DNA from: a bacterium
GTDB lineage: Bacteria; UBA10199; JADFYH01
DNA: 64,000 nt
Assembly: GCA_046346885.1 (NCBI GenBank)
Contig: JAXMHI010000001.1
Location: 291,390 to 355,389, forward strand
Direction of reading: 5' to 3'
Positions 28,185-38,299 of this stretch are shown here, piece after piece. Within the stretch, counting starts at the first letter, position 1; each line of letters starts with the position of its first letter. The notes below the pieces were generated by a model. The model was given only the letters and a program-made list of their open reading frames with translations. It was not told the origin of the DNA and did not search any database. The position numbers and the translations under genes were made by a program.

Positions 28185-29305
28185 CGCGCCCCCTCCGTCC
28201 TCGGCTCATGAAGAGCCGGGAAAACGATTTGATTGAGTTCCGATTCCTTCGGTCGAATGCGCCAGAGAAATCCGTCGAGAACGTAATGGGTCGATTGAGG
28301 GAGGGCGAGCAAGGGGACGAGCCAGGTGAGCCAGGTTTTCTCCGTCACTTGGGGAAGGAGGGCGAAGAAAGAGAAGAGTGCCGTGCGGTCGCGCCATATG
28401 AGGCCGTCCCAAAGACCTTCTTCCAGATAGGCGAATAAAATCAGTAAACCGAGAAAGAGCGGAATCATCGCGGGCGAGAAGAAGGAGAAAGGCCGGGAGC
28501 GTAGCGGGTCCTTTTCCTCTTTTTTGCGGCCATAAAGCCAGACGAGCGCCATGTAGGGAACGCCGTGCGCCACTACGTTGGTCAGGGTGAAGATCATGTC
28601 GCCGTTGAACAGCACGATTCCCACATACCAGGAAACGGCGGTGCCGAGCAGTAGCAGGTTGCGCGGCAGGTTGAAGATTTTTTTCTCCCTCCAAATCCAT
28701 AATTCTTTGGTGAGGTATGCGATGAGGAGCGCCGCATACGCGAGTAAACCGATGCGGTTCAAGAGCGGATAAGGAAGGGCGATGAAGTCCCCGTCGATGA
28801 ACCAATGAAAATTTCGCGGTAGGTGCGTGTGCCAATAGAGGAGGGGATAGAGGGTCGCTGCATAAATCGCCGCCGCGTCGAGCTTTGAGGCCCAGGGGGA
28901 AGGATTCGCTTCGTGGCGCCCGTAAATTTTAAAGAAACCATATTGCTGACGAATGAAATGGAAGACGGCGAGATAGGCAAGTGCCGACCAGAAGAAACGG
29001 CCGTTTAAGGCGTAGAGGAGAACTCCCGCCCCCCAACAGGCAATCGGAACGATTTCCAGAAGACGCGGGTATTTTTCTAAGGCCGAACGGTCGAAGTAGG
29101 TCCGGTAGAAAGTGCTGTAAACATGGGCCACGTCGATTCCCAAAATGAAAACGGCCCAGGCCCAGAGCGGTACTTCGGTGGTTTGGTTCCATTGGCGATG
29201 GAAGAGGAGAGCGATGCCGGTGGCGAGCCAGGCGGGGGATAAAATCCACAGCCCGTCGAAGGCCGGGGAACGGATCCAGGGGGAAGAAGCGGCGCGTGCG
29301 CTCAT
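28181..29305 (-). CDS. Polytopic membrane protein of the polyamine operon
   Basis: Multiple TM helices; HVYST, HFIRQQYGF and HYVLDGFLWR His motifs. Confidence 0.8.
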   Translation of the reverse strand: MSARAASSPWIRSPAFDGLWILSPAWLATGIALLFHRQWNQTTEVPLWAWAVFILGIDVAHVYSTFYRTYFDRSALEKYPRLLEIVPIACWGAGVLLYALNGRFFWSALAYLAVFHFIRQQYGFFKIYGRHEANPSPWASKLDAAAIYAATLYPLLYWHTHLPRNFHWFIDGDFIALPYPLLNRIGLLAYAALLIAYLTKELWIWREKKIFNLPRNLLLLGTAVSWYVGIVLFNGDMIFTLTNVVAHGVPYMALVWLYGRKKEEKDPLRSRPFSFFSPAMIPLFLGLLILFAYLEEGLWDGLIWRDRTALFSFFALLPQVTEKTWLTWLVPLLALPQSTHYVLDGFLWRIRPKESELNQIVFPALHEPRTEGAR

Positions 29306-30972
29306 CCGTGCGCCTCCTTCCCAAAATCGGTGGGATCGATCGAAGGTTTAAAATCGATCTTTAAATGTCGCATCAAATCTTCCGCCGCAGAAACGCCCCG
29401 AAATTGGGCCTCCTCGAAAAGAGAGAGCCCGCTCATATCCGAATGGGCGAAGAATACCGGCGGCAGGGGCTTGAGCGCCGCTTGCCGCTCCGGCCCCCAA
29501 ACAAAACCGGGGATAGGCCGGATCATTCCGTGCCCCCAAAGCCACGCGTCGACGTTCTTCACTTTTCCTTTCAACTCCGGATGAACGGCATGGAGCTCTT
29601 TTAAAACTCGCGCCTTCCATTCTTCCACCGAGGTAGCGTAGGCCTTTTTCCGTTCACTCACAGGATCCGATTCGCTTAACGGATAATAATAGGTAATCAC
29701 CGTTTCTTTGGGATGGCTCTTCAAGTTTTGATGGGTGGCGACCACGTAGCCGAGGGAATCGCTCCCGTAAATTACGTTATCCCAGGCGAGCGGGGCGCCT
29801 TTTCCACCCGGTATTTCCGATAAGGTAACGTTGGCGACCATCCATGGCGCATAGGTGAAGCGATTTAGGTAAGAAGGAGGTTCTTTTTGAAACTCCGGAA
29901 AAGTATGAGGGACTGTGAAACGGGGGGCCGCATAGACGAGTGCCCGACATGTAACCCGCGTTGATTTTTGGGAATGAGGATCGAAAAAATCCACCTCCGC
30001 GCCCTTCTCTTTGCGGGCGACGCGGAACACCAAAGACCGGGGCCGAATTTTCTCCGCGACCTTCTCCCTCAATTTTTTCACGAGCCAACCGTTACCTTCC
30101 GGCCACGTGACGAGCGTCGCTCCGGCGGCGTTCGCCGAGGGAGAGACCCGGGAAGCGAAGTAATGGATGCCCGCCCAGGCGGAGACTTGGTCGTAGGAAG
30201 TCCCGTAATCATCCCGGCAGCAATAGTTGACGTACCACCGCAGCGTTGGAGTATCCCACCCGTTTTCCTTCATCCATTGGGCCATCGTCTTGGCGTCCAG
30301 TTCCAAAAAACGCGGGTCGCGAGAGCTGTATTCCATCGGAATGGCGAAAGCTCTTTTCCCGTCGTTGCCGTGCGCGCTTTTAAAGCCTTCCACCGTGCGT
30401 AAGAACGCCTCGAACTGGCGTTTTTCCTCCGAGCCGTTCCCGCTGAAAGGAATGAGGCCTTCTTGCCATTCGCCATATCGGTAGAGCCGCTCCTCGGGAT
30501 CTGCGCACAAGAAATATTCGTTGTAACGGGGGCGCTGCTGCTCGTCGTAACCTTCGATGACTCCCAACTCTTCGAATAATTCGCGCACTAAATGGCTTTC
30601 GGGCGAAGGAAGCGGCACATAATGGGCTCCCCAGGGATAGGGGGAGACGGCGTTTTCCCCTGACTGCGAATTGCCGCCGACGGAGTCTTCCAATTCAAGG
30701 AGGGTAAAACGGTCGAATGCGCTTCGTTTGAATTTCCAAGCCGCGGAAAGACCCGCCATGCCGCCTCCCGCAATCACGACCTCCGAATCTAAAAATTCGG
30801 AGGGAGGGGGAAAGTTTCCTTCCCGAAGACGGTGGCCAAGGTGAAAATTGGCGCCTTGAAGCGAACCGGAAATTTTTTCGGGAGACGCTTTCTTTTTCAG
30901 CGAGAATCCCGCCCAGGCGAGCAGACCCGCCGAAGCGCTTCCCAGAAGAAAACTGCGTCTCGAAAATTTCAT
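29302..30972 (-). CDS. Tat-exported FAD-dependent oxidoreductase (amine oxidase-like)
   Basis: MKFSRRSFLL twin-arginine leader, GGGMAG dinucleotide motif, WGAHY; TGATG overlap with the speE stop. Confidence 0.85.
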   Translation of the reverse strand: MKFSRRSFLLGSASAGLLAWAGFSLKKKASPEKISGSLQGANFHLGHRLREGNFPPPSEFLDSEVVIAGGGMAGLSAAWKFKRSAFDRFTLLELEDSVGGNSQSGENAVSPYPWGAHYVPLPSPESHLVRELFEELGVIEGYDEQQRPRYNEYFLCADPEERLYRYGEWQEGLIPFSGNGSEEKRQFEAFLRTVEGFKSAHGNDGKRAFAIPMEYSSRDPRFLELDAKTMAQWMKENGWDTPTLRWYVNYCCRDDYGTSYDQVSAWAGIHYFASRVSPSANAAGATLVTWPEGNGWLVKKLREKVAEKIRPRSLVFRVARKEKGAEVDFFDPHSQKSTRVTCRALVYAAPRFTVPHTFPEFQKEPPSYLNRFTYAPWMVANVTLSEIPGGKGAPLAWDNVIYGSDSLGYVVATHQNLKSHPKETVITYYYPLSESDPVSERKKAYATSVEEWKARVLKELHAVHPELKGKVKNVDAWLWGHGMIRPIPGFVWGPERQAALKPLPPVFFAHSDMSGLSLFEEAQFRGVSAAEDLMRHLKIDFKPSIDPTDFGKEAHG

Positions 30973-32483
30973 CACTCCACCCGGTTCGCATAGCGGGCCC
31001 ATTCCTCTTCGTAATAACGGACGAGCGCCTGGTTGTTCAACTGGTTCACTTGGGTTTCGACCCGATTCATATCCGGCGGAAAATCGAAGAGGCTGAAGAG
31101 CGTGGTTGGGCGGATGAAACGGAGTCCGTCCGGCAGCTGCAGGGACGCCTCGGGGGAAAGAGGTTTATGCGCCGCCAAAAGAAATCCCCATTCGCCGAAC
31201 GAGGGCACGTAAACGTGATAAGGTAAGGTTTGAAAGCCCACGGCTTCCAGCGTTTTATTCACACACCAGTAGGATTTGCGGGCGGAGAGGGGGGAAGTGC
31301 TTTGGATCACCGCCACGCCGTCTTGAGACAAGGCTTGGTAAAGCAGGCGGTAGAAGGAAGTCGTATAAAGCTTGCCGAGGGAATAGTTGGTAGGATCCGG
31401 GAAATCGACGACGATGAAATCGAAAGTCTTCGAATTTTCCTTCAGCCACAAGAACGCGTCGTGGTTGATGACGTGAACCTTCGGCGAGACGAGCGAGCCT
31501 TGGTTGAGTTTCCTAAAAAAATCGTCGCCGCTGAACAGACGGGTCATTTCAGGATCCAAATCGACGAGTGTGACCGATTCCACCGTGGGGTATTTCAAGA
31601 TTTCCCGCACCGCCATCCCATCTCCTCCACCCAATACCAAAACGTTTTTTGGGTTTTCCAGTCGCGCGAGGCCCACGTGCACGAGGCCTTCGTGATAGCG
31701 GTATTCGTCCCGCGAATTAAATTGGAGGTGGCTGTTGAGATAAAGGCGGAATTCATCTCCCGAATGGGTGAGCACGATGCGTTGATAGGGGGTCGTCTTC
31801 GCGTAGAGCACGGGCTCCGCGTAAATCGACGCCTCCGCCCAGTGCACCCACTCGTTGGAATAGACGAAGCCCACCAGGAGCGCGAGAAAAATGAAAAGGC
31901 CTGAAAATTTTAGGAAGCGATTCCATACGAGGTTCGCCCGAAAGAGATAGAGCGCCCAAAGAGCGACGGCCACGTTGAGCAGACCGAAGAGAAAAGAGGT
32001 GCGTACCAGGCCCAAATGCGGCACGAGCAAGAGGGGAAAGAGGAGCGAGGCAACCAAGGCCCCAATGTAGTCGAAAGTGAAGACCTTCGAGACCAAGTCT
32101 TTAAACTCCAACTGGTCTTTGAGGATGCGCATGAGCAGCGGGATTTCGAAGCCCACCAAGGTGCCGATGAGGATTACCCATGTATAGAGAAGGATGCGGA
32201 AGGAAGAAACCTGTTCGAAGAGGAGGAAGAGCAGGGCGGCCGAGAATCCTCCAATCAATCCGATGAGAAGTTCCACCTGAATGAATAAAGTCGTCAAATG
32301 ACGGTGGACGAACTTCGAAAGATAGGCCCCCATCCCCATCGAAAACAGGTAAACGCCGATGATAGTGGAGAACTGCGTGACAGAATCACCGAGCAAGTAG
32401 CTGGCGAGGGTGCCGGCCAGAAGCTCATAAACGAGCCCGCAGATGGAAATGATGAAGATGGAAAAAAGAAGAACGATCGCCAT
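30972..32483 (-). CDS. speE: Polyamine aminopropyltransferase with N-terminal membrane domain
   Basis: About 7 N-terminal TM helices; YRYHEGLVH, VLVLGGGDG, VDLDP, DFPDP, PSFGEWGF. Confidence 0.92.
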   Translation of the reverse strand: MAIVLLFSIFIISICGLVYELLAGTLASYLLGDSVTQFSTIIGVYLFSMGMGAYLSKFVHRHLTTLFIQVELLIGLIGGFSAALLFLLFEQVSSFRILLYTWVILIGTLVGFEIPLLMRILKDQLEFKDLVSKVFTFDYIGALVASLLFPLLLVPHLGLVRTSFLFGLLNVAVALWALYLFRANLVWNRFLKFSGLFIFLALLVGFVYSNEWVHWAEASIYAEPVLYAKTTPYQRIVLTHSGDEFRLYLNSHLQFNSRDEYRYHEGLVHVGLARLENPKNVLVLGGGDGMAVREILKYPTVESVTLVDLDPEMTRLFSGDDFFRKLNQGSLVSPKVHVINHDAFLWLKENSKTFDFIVVDFPDPTNYSLGKLYTTSFYRLLYQALSQDGVAVIQSTSPLSARKSYWCVNKTLEAVGFQTLPYHVYVPSFGEWGFLLAAHKPLSPEASLQLPDGLRFIRPTTLFSLFDFPPDMNRVETQVNQLNNQALVRYYEEEWARYANRVE

Positions 32484-32495
32484 CCGTTGATTCCC

Positions 32496-32711
32496 TTAGT
32501 GGATGGCTGCTGCGATGATGAAGCAGATGCCGATCGACACACCGCCCACCACGATCGCGAGCGCCGTATTTTTCTCCTCGATCAATTCCTTCCATAGCGA
32601 ATAGGGGGTCATGCGATCGAAAACCCAGAAGCCGATGCCGAAAATGATAAGCCCTAAGAGGGCGAATACCGTCCCTCCGACTAAACTCGAGGCTAATGAA
32701 GACAGGTGCAT
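32496..32711 (-). CDS. DUF350-type small membrane protein
   Basis: Two TM helices, D..TPY.LWKELIEEKN.ALAIV pattern; GGAGG RBS. Confidence 0.85.
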   Translation of the reverse strand: MHLSSLASSLVGGTVFALLGLIIFGIGFWVFDRMTPYSLWKELIEEKNTALAIVVGGVSIGICFIIAAAIH

Positions 32712-32738
32712 ACTTCCTCCTTTGTTGGTTTCGAAGAA

Positions 32739-32879
32739 TTACTTATGGCCGAAGCCGTAGCGCGAACCGGAACCGAAACTCATTCCCTTGAAAAAGCTCG
32801 TCAAAAGGTATCCGCGGGTATTCATGTAGAAGAGGCTCATCGAGAGAAAGATTCCGTAGAAGATGAATTTTTTGCTCAT
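32739..32879 (-). CDS. 46-aa membrane peptide not in the ORF track
   Basis: MSKKFIFYGIFLSMSLFYMNTRGYLLTSFFKGMSFGSGSRYGFGHK*; GAGGA RBS; fills the operon gap. Confidence 0.75.
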   Translation of the reverse strand: MSKKFIFYGIFLSMSLFYMNTRGYLLTSFFKGMSFGSGSRYGFGHK

Positions 32880-32895
32880 ACGTTGTTTCCTCTCC

Positions 32896-34254
32896 TCATT
32901 CGGGTAAGTCGCTGTCTTGCCACCGTTGGTACTCGAAATACCGCCTCTTGAAAAAAAACCAAGCGGGATAGAATAAAAGGAAAATCATGAAGAAAAAATA
33001 GTTCGATACATTCGAAACGTCGCGGAGGACGGTGAGCGTGATGCTCTTGGATTTTTGTGGTTCGGGGCTCTCCACCTCGACGGTTAAATGGTAGGTGCCG
33101 TCGGGAATGGAAGAGAGCACTTCTTCGGCTTTCGAGCTTCCTTCGGTCCAATATCCGTCCGAATCGTAGCCGCTATAAAAGGAAATCGTTTCGTCCAAGG
33201 GGTAAGTCTTTCCGTTCGTCTCGTTGACGAGTTTCATGTGCAAATCGAGCCAGGTGTCTTTCAGATACGAGTAGGATTTGATCTCCGCATTGGAAAGGCC
33301 GCCCGCCAATTCGAAGGAAGGCGTGACGATGGTTTTGGAAACAGGGAGGATCGGCTTCGTCAAATCCAACGGCGGGGGGGCGGGGGGGAGCGTTTCCGTC
33401 ACCGGGGGAGGCGGAGGGGGATAGAGGTAGGTTTCCTCGAAGATCTTGTCGTTTCGCGCGCGGATGCAAGTCGTGATTTGGGTACAAGTGAGCAGGAGAA
33501 AAAGGAGCAAAGTAGCCCACTTGAGACCGGAGGAACCTTCTTCATCCAGAGGTTGGTTGGCGGCAACTCCGGTACGAACCGGCATGGGTTTCTTCACGTC
33601 AAAGGCTTTTTGGATAACCTCCGGCTCCACATATTCGCCGATGGACCAAATCTCTTCTTGCGCGTCTCCTTCGAAAGAGAGGATTTCGGGGGGGCGAATA
33701 TAGTCTTCCACCCGCACCGTATCGTTCACCCGCACTTGCCAGTAGAATTCTCCCAACACATAAGTGACCCGCGCCGTCCCGACTAGAAATAGCTTGTAGA
33801 ATTGCCCCAGGTAGAGGGCGGATTGAGCTTGTCGGTTACGTTTAGGCTTTTCCTTCGTCATCACCACGTAATTCCAATGGCCGTTGAATTCAGTCAGCCA
33901 ACGAAAACCCTTGTAGGGGTTGAAGAGAAGGTATTCGCACCATGTATACATGCCGGTCTTGTCGCAGCGCTGCATGAAACCGATCACTTCGTAGGGATCC
34001 CCCTTTAATTTTCCGCGCTGGCCCAAGGGAATCACCGGCAACACCTTCATTTTCGACTGGGCTTGAATGATGAACTGGGCTTCCGGGTTGCTTACGTCTT
34101 GAATCGTGCCGCAAGAAGGGCAGGCGATTACCTGCGTTTGGCCGATGGCTCTCAAGTTCATCGGGGCGTTGCATTGCACGCAGGCGAGAACCTTCACAGA
34201 AGGCGACGGCCGTGAGGGGAAGGGAGAGGGCGATTGTGGAATTTCACCATCCAT
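32896..34254 (-). CDS. DUF4178-type protein with zinc ribbon and TM helices
   Basis: CVQC...CPSC; W.EYLLFNPYKGFRWL; VLGEFYW; two TM segments. Confidence 0.8.
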   Translation of the reverse strand: MDGEIPQSPSPFPSRPSPSVKVLACVQCNAPMNLRAIGQTQVIACPSCGTIQDVSNPEAQFIIQAQSKMKVLPVIPLGQRGKLKGDPYEVIGFMQRCDKTGMYTWCEYLLFNPYKGFRWLTEFNGHWNYVVMTKEKPKRNRQAQSALYLGQFYKLFLVGTARVTYVLGEFYWQVRVNDTVRVEDYIRPPEILSFEGDAQEEIWSIGEYVEPEVIQKAFDVKKPMPVRTGVAANQPLDEEGSSGLKWATLLLFLLLTCTQITTCIRARNDKIFEETYLYPPPPPPVTETLPPAPPPLDLTKPILPVSKTIVTPSFELAGGLSNAEIKSYSYLKDTWLDLHMKLVNETNGKTYPLDETISFYSGYDSDGYWTEGSSKAEEVLSSIPDGTYHLTVEVESPEPQKSKSITLTVLRDVSNVSNYFFFMIFLLFYPAWFFFKRRYFEYQRWQDSDLPE

Positions 34255-34873
34255 TCAAGGGCCTCAATTGGGTGAAGCGGAGTTCTTCGAATTCGACGTA
34301 GCGGCCTACGTAAAGCTCGCATCCCTCATCGGTGAAACTTAAGGAAGCGAATTTTTCGCCGGGACCGGTTAAATCCACGTTGAACATTTCCTTCCCTTGC
34401 GGGGCTTTGAAGGGCAATTCCCCTTCGCTGCCCTCGCACCAACACTTCCTGCGATCATCCACCTCGTAGGGTTGGCGGTCGAGGACGAGCGTCGATCCGG
34501 TCGTGAGTTCGGAGGCGGGAGGAAGGTCTTTCGGGATCTCATGGGCGAAGCTCACCATGTAAAACCCTTGAGCCTCGGCGAGCCAGCCGGTACGGGCGTC
34601 GTCCATCAGCAGGCACCATTCGTTCCAATATCCGTCGTCCCAGCGGATCTTGAGCCGGCCGATCACCGAGAACGACACTTTCTCGAACCGCCCTTGGGTG
34701 CCGATTTGCAATGGGCTCATGTCTTCTTGAAGGATGGCCATCTTCCCCAACGATTCGAGGGAGAGGTCTTTGCGGACGAGCATCGACCGGCAATAGGGGC
34801 AGACGGAAAAGATGGAGGCGGCCGATTGAAACTTCACCTCGGCTCCGCACGCGGGACAAGGGAGAAGAAGCAT
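34244..34873 (-). CDS. DUF4178-type protein with zinc ribbon
   Basis: CPAC...CPYC; GRL...WDDGYWNEW; EGELPF. Confidence 0.8.
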   Translation of the reverse strand: MLLLPCPACGAEVKFQSAASIFSVCPYCRSMLVRKDLSLESLGKMAILQEDMSPLQIGTQGRFEKVSFSVIGRLKIRWDDGYWNEWCLLMDDARTGWLAEAQGFYMVSFAHEIPKDLPPASELTTGSTLVLDRQPYEVDDRRKCWCEGSEGELPFKAPQGKEMFNVDLTGPGEKFASLSFTDEGCELYVGRYVEFEELRFTQLRPLNGW

Positions 34874-34923
34874 AAGAGAGGATCGATGGGTTTTTGTTTC
34901 GGTTTAGGGCCGAAATTATTTTC

Positions 34924-35922
34924 TTAGGTGATTTTCTTCAAAAGCTCCGCTTTTTTCGTCTCGAATTCGACGGAGGAAAGAATTCCTTTTTTCATGAGGT
35001 CATGAAGCTTCTCGATCGTGGCCAAGGGGTTTTCTTCCGTCGCGGCGGCCGCGCCGGAAGGGGATCCCTGAGAGAGGGCTGCGGCCATCGTTTGCCCGAT
35101 TGCGACTCCCGCCCCCATGCCGGCGCCTATGCCCGCGACGCCTCCCGGGTTGGAAGCGGCTAGGGGAATGCTTGCCGCCGACTGGAATTGGGCGTAGCTT
35201 TTTAAGTCCCCCAAAATATTCATCGACGCCTTCTCGTCGAAGCGCGTCTGCAGCTCTTGGGGCAGCGAAATGCTTTGCACCATGAGGCTATCGAGAGTGA
35301 GCCCGAATTTCGCGAATTCGGGGGCGAGCGCGAGGGCGATCTTTTGCGAGAACTTCAGCTGCTGGGCGGCCATGTCGATGAAGTTGACGTCGTTTTCCCC
35401 GAAGAGACTCGCAAAGACGGTGAGCAGGGTGGAACGCAATTGCCCTTCCAAATCTTCCGTCGTGTAAATTTCGCGGGTGCCGCTCAGTTGTGTGTAGAAA
35501 AGCCTCGGGTCGGCGATGCGGTAAGAATAAATGCCGTAAGCGCGGACGCGGATGGGCCCCAATTCTTTATCGCGGATCGTGATCGGCGTGGGCGTTCCCC
35601 ATTTTTGGTCGGTTTGGAGACGCGTGCTGAAGAAGTAAACATCCGATTTAAAGGGTGAGGCGAAGAGCTTGTCCCAGTTTTGGAGGCTCGTCATCACCGG
35701 CAAGGTTTGTGTGGTGAGGGTGTAGAGGCCCGGTTTAAAAAGGTCCGCGATTTGCCCTTCATTGACGAAGAGTGCCAATTGAGAATCGCGTACGGTGAGT
35801 TTGCCGCCGTTTTGAATCTCGTTGTCCCGCATGGGAAAGCGGTAGGCTAAGATCCCTTGCTCCGGCTCGGTCCATTCGATGACGTCGATAAACTGCTTTT
35901 TGATGAAATCGATGAGTCCCAT
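34924..35922 (-). CDS. SPFH/band-7 domain protein with C-terminal SHOCT-like motif
   Basis: FIDVIEW, GGKLTVR.SQ.A.FV.EG, KWGTPTPI, LHDLMKKGILSSVEFETKK. Confidence 0.85.
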   Translation of the reverse strand: MGLIDFIKKQFIDVIEWTEPEQGILAYRFPMRDNEIQNGGKLTVRDSQLALFVNEGQIADLFKPGLYTLTTQTLPVMTSLQNWDKLFASPFKSDVYFFSTRLQTDQKWGTPTPITIRDKELGPIRVRAYGIYSYRIADPRLFYTQLSGTREIYTTEDLEGQLRSTLLTVFASLFGENDVNFIDMAAQQLKFSQKIALALAPEFAKFGLTLDSLMVQSISLPQELQTRFDEKASMNILGDLKSYAQFQSAASIPLAASNPGGVAGIGAGMGAGVAIGQTMAAALSQGSPSGAAAATEENPLATIEKLHDLMKKGILSSVEFETKKAELLKKIT

Positions 35923-35983
35923 GGCGTCCTCCTAAGCTTTCCCGACAGAATAGCACCCCGTTCGAGGGGATGTCACTTTCAAA

Positions 35984-36883
35984 TTAGGGGGTCGCTTCAT
36001 GGATCTTGCCGTCCGGAAAAGCCCAAAGGATAAGGATGCCGGAAAATTGGGGGAGGTATTTGCGGCTTTCCTCTTCCCCCATCACGTAGAAGGCCGTTGA
36101 GACGGCGTTGGCCAACACGTGTCGGTCGGCGATGACGGTGACGCTTAAGTTTCGCGTTATTTTTTCGCCTGTCCTCGGGTCGGAAATGTGCCCCGGTTGT
36201 TCGTAGTTCCCCGAAGTCGCGATGGCCCGGTCGCGAATTTCGAAAACCTTCGAAAAAGTCCCGGGGGGAGCTCCCGGCTTTTGGATGGCGACCTTCCAAG
36301 GCCCCCCCAAAGCGCGTAAATCGCCTCCCGCGTCCACGAGAGCCGCGGTGAACCCGCGTGATTTCAAAAATTCAATCATTGCGTCTAGGATCATCCCCTT
36401 GCCGATCGACCCAACGCCGAGGCGCGTATCGGGGTGAGCGAGGCGACCTTGATGTCCTTCCAATAGGATTTCCCCTTTCCTGCCCGCCGCGGAAAGGGAG
36501 GCGAAACGAAGATCGAAGGCGTGACCGGTCAGATCGGAAAGCGATTTTCCTTCCTTAAGGAACGAGAGGGTTTCGTCGGAGAGGCGACACGAACCTTTTC
36601 CCGCCATTCGGTTGAGGCAACTGATTTCGGAATCCGGCTGGTACTCGCTGATCTTTTTTTCGATCGATTGGGCAAGAGAGTAAGCTTCTTCACTGGCTTC
36701 TAAGGCTTCTTTTTTGCGCTCGCTCGAGGTTTGAATCGTCACGTTCACCGGCACATGCCCCATCAGCAGGCGGGAGCGCGTGAGGGAGATGCTTTTGGCG
36801 CCGCAAGAGGGAAGAGTCGCTAAGACGACTCCTAAACTGAGCCCAATGAAGAGTCGGTAAAGCACCGAATTTTTTGCCTGCAT
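35984..36883 (-). CDS. apbE: FAD:protein FMN transferase lipoprotein
   Basis: Lipobox LPSC; IGKG..D, DAGGDL, IATSGNYE, HI.DPRTG, ANAVST. Confidence 0.9.
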   Translation of the reverse strand: MQAKNSVLYRLFIGLSLGVVLATLPSCGAKSISLTRSRLLMGHVPVNVTIQTSSERKKEALEASEEAYSLAQSIEKKISEYQPDSEISCLNRMAGKGSCRLSDETLSFLKEGKSLSDLTGHAFDLRFASLSAAGRKGEILLEGHQGRLAHPDTRLGVGSIGKGMILDAMIEFLKSRGFTAALVDAGGDLRALGGPWKVAIQKPGAPPGTFSKVFEIRDRAIATSGNYEQPGHISDPRTGEKITRNLSVTVIADRHVLANAVSTAFYVMGEEESRKYLPQFSGILILWAFPDGKIHEATP

Positions 36884-36905
36884 TTCATTTTTATCGGTGA
36901 GGCAA

Positions 36906-37568
36906 TCAAGGAAAACAAGACCAAATGTTGCCCGGATCCCGGAAAGGGGTGCTCATGGCGTCGATATAACGAATGGCCGATTCCACCTGGCTGCTTGCGT
37001 TCCAAACGTCCGAATACGAGATATCCGAATCGTTACCGCCCGCTTCCATGTTGAGGGCGAGGGACATGAAGACAGCGTCCACCGCGTTCATTCCGGGTCT
37101 CGAATCGAGTTGGGTGGCTTGGGCGTTGCGGTAGGCGCCCCGAATCTCCGAGCGGGTGAAGGCCGGGCGGATTCTTCTCCATCCCACGGCGCGGCTTTGG
37201 CTTTGGGAGACGAGCCAGTCGGCGTAATTTTGTCCGTGGAGCGGCGCGTCCGTCATGACTTGCAGGGTGGCTTGAAGTTGTTCATGGGCGTCTCGGGCCT
37301 CATCGGCGGCGATCAGATACTCTCCGTCGGCCGCGCGGTGCAGGGCAGCGGCCGCCAGGCGAGCTTCGGCTAAGTCGAGGACGCGGTCGGACCCCACTGG
37401 AGTTCCGTCGGCGAGTTCGTTGACGCAAGCCGCTTGGAAGAATGTTTCCCGCATCAAGCGTTCCGTTTCCGCTTGGGAAGACCATTCGAAAATGAAGGAC
37501 CGGGCGCAAGCGCGGGCTAAGGTTTGGTCGTATAAGTTTTGGGCTTCGGGGGAAATGATGAGGGACAT
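36906..37568 (-). CDS. Hypothetical alpha-helical protein, 220 aa
   Basis: AAGGAG RBS; operonic spacing to neighbours. Confidence 0.65.
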   Translation of the reverse strand: MSLIISPEAQNLYDQTLARACARSFIFEWSSQAETERLMRETFFQAACVNELADGTPVGSDRVLDLAEARLAAAALHRAADGEYLIAADEARDAHEQLQATLQVMTDAPLHGQNYADWLVSQSQSRAVGWRRIRPAFTRSEIRGAYRNAQATQLDSRPGMNAVDAVFMSLALNMEAGGNDSDISYSDVWNASSQVESAIRYIDAMSTPFRDPGNIWSCFP

Positions 37569-37578
37569 AATGGCTCCT

Positions 37579-38277
37579 TTAGGGGTGCGGTTGGGATGTC
37601 AGGGCGAAACAGGCCGAAACGAGTAAAGGGGAAGACAAGTCAGGATGATTCTCAAAAGTCGCCGCGGTGAGGATTTCCTCTCCGGCAGCATCGGGAGAAT
37701 GTGGAGAGGAAACTTCTCCCTTTCGCAATAGGCAACGCACGCGTCCTTCCTCGAAAGCCCTCCTCTCCTCCGGGTTCTCGCTCCGGTACCAAGCCGCATA
37801 GAGAGAATAACTTTTCCAAAGGTTGCGCACGTCGTTCGAACTGTCGATTTCGCAGGGGACGCCCGAGTGAAGGTAAAAGGACAGGCCTTGAAGTTGGGAA
37901 AGTTCGCTCTGTAGGAAAGTCTCTCGCGTATAAGTAGAGAAATTGTGGGGAACTCCCCTGTCTTCCATCATCATTTGGACGATGGAGGGAAGGGTTTCCC
38001 TGGCGCCGATGGAAATGGTTTTTTCGTTTACCACGCAGCTTTCTCCCATCAGAATTTGATGGAGATGGCAGAACTCTTCGCGCGTTTTCTTGATTCGCGC
38101 CTCTTGGCCTATGTGGGCCTGGGGATCGCAAGTGGAGGTGGGAAAAGGCGATGAGGTGGCGGGTGACGGGGAGTCGGGCGGAGGAGGATGGAGGTGTCCC
38201 GTTTTCTCCGAATCGTCCGAAGAGCATCCGGCCACAAGTCCGATGGAGGCGATGCCGATGAGAATGGGGATAAACAT
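37579..38277 (-). CDS. Lipoprotein-like hypothetical protein, 232 aa
   Basis: Hydrophobic N-terminus ending VAGC, Pro-rich linker. Confidence 0.65.
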   Translation of the reverse strand: MFIPILIGIASIGLVAGCSSDDSEKTGHLHPPPPDSPSPATSSPFPTSTCDPQAHIGQEARIKKTREEFCHLHQILMGESCVVNEKTISIGARETLPSIVQMMMEDRGVPHNFSTYTRETFLQSELSQLQGLSFYLHSGVPCEIDSSNDVRNLWKSYSLYAAWYRSENPEERRAFEEGRVRCLLRKGEVSSPHSPDAAGEEILTAATFENHPDLSSPLLVSACFALTSQPHP

Positions 38278-38299
38278 ATATTTTCTCCGTTCTAAAAAA

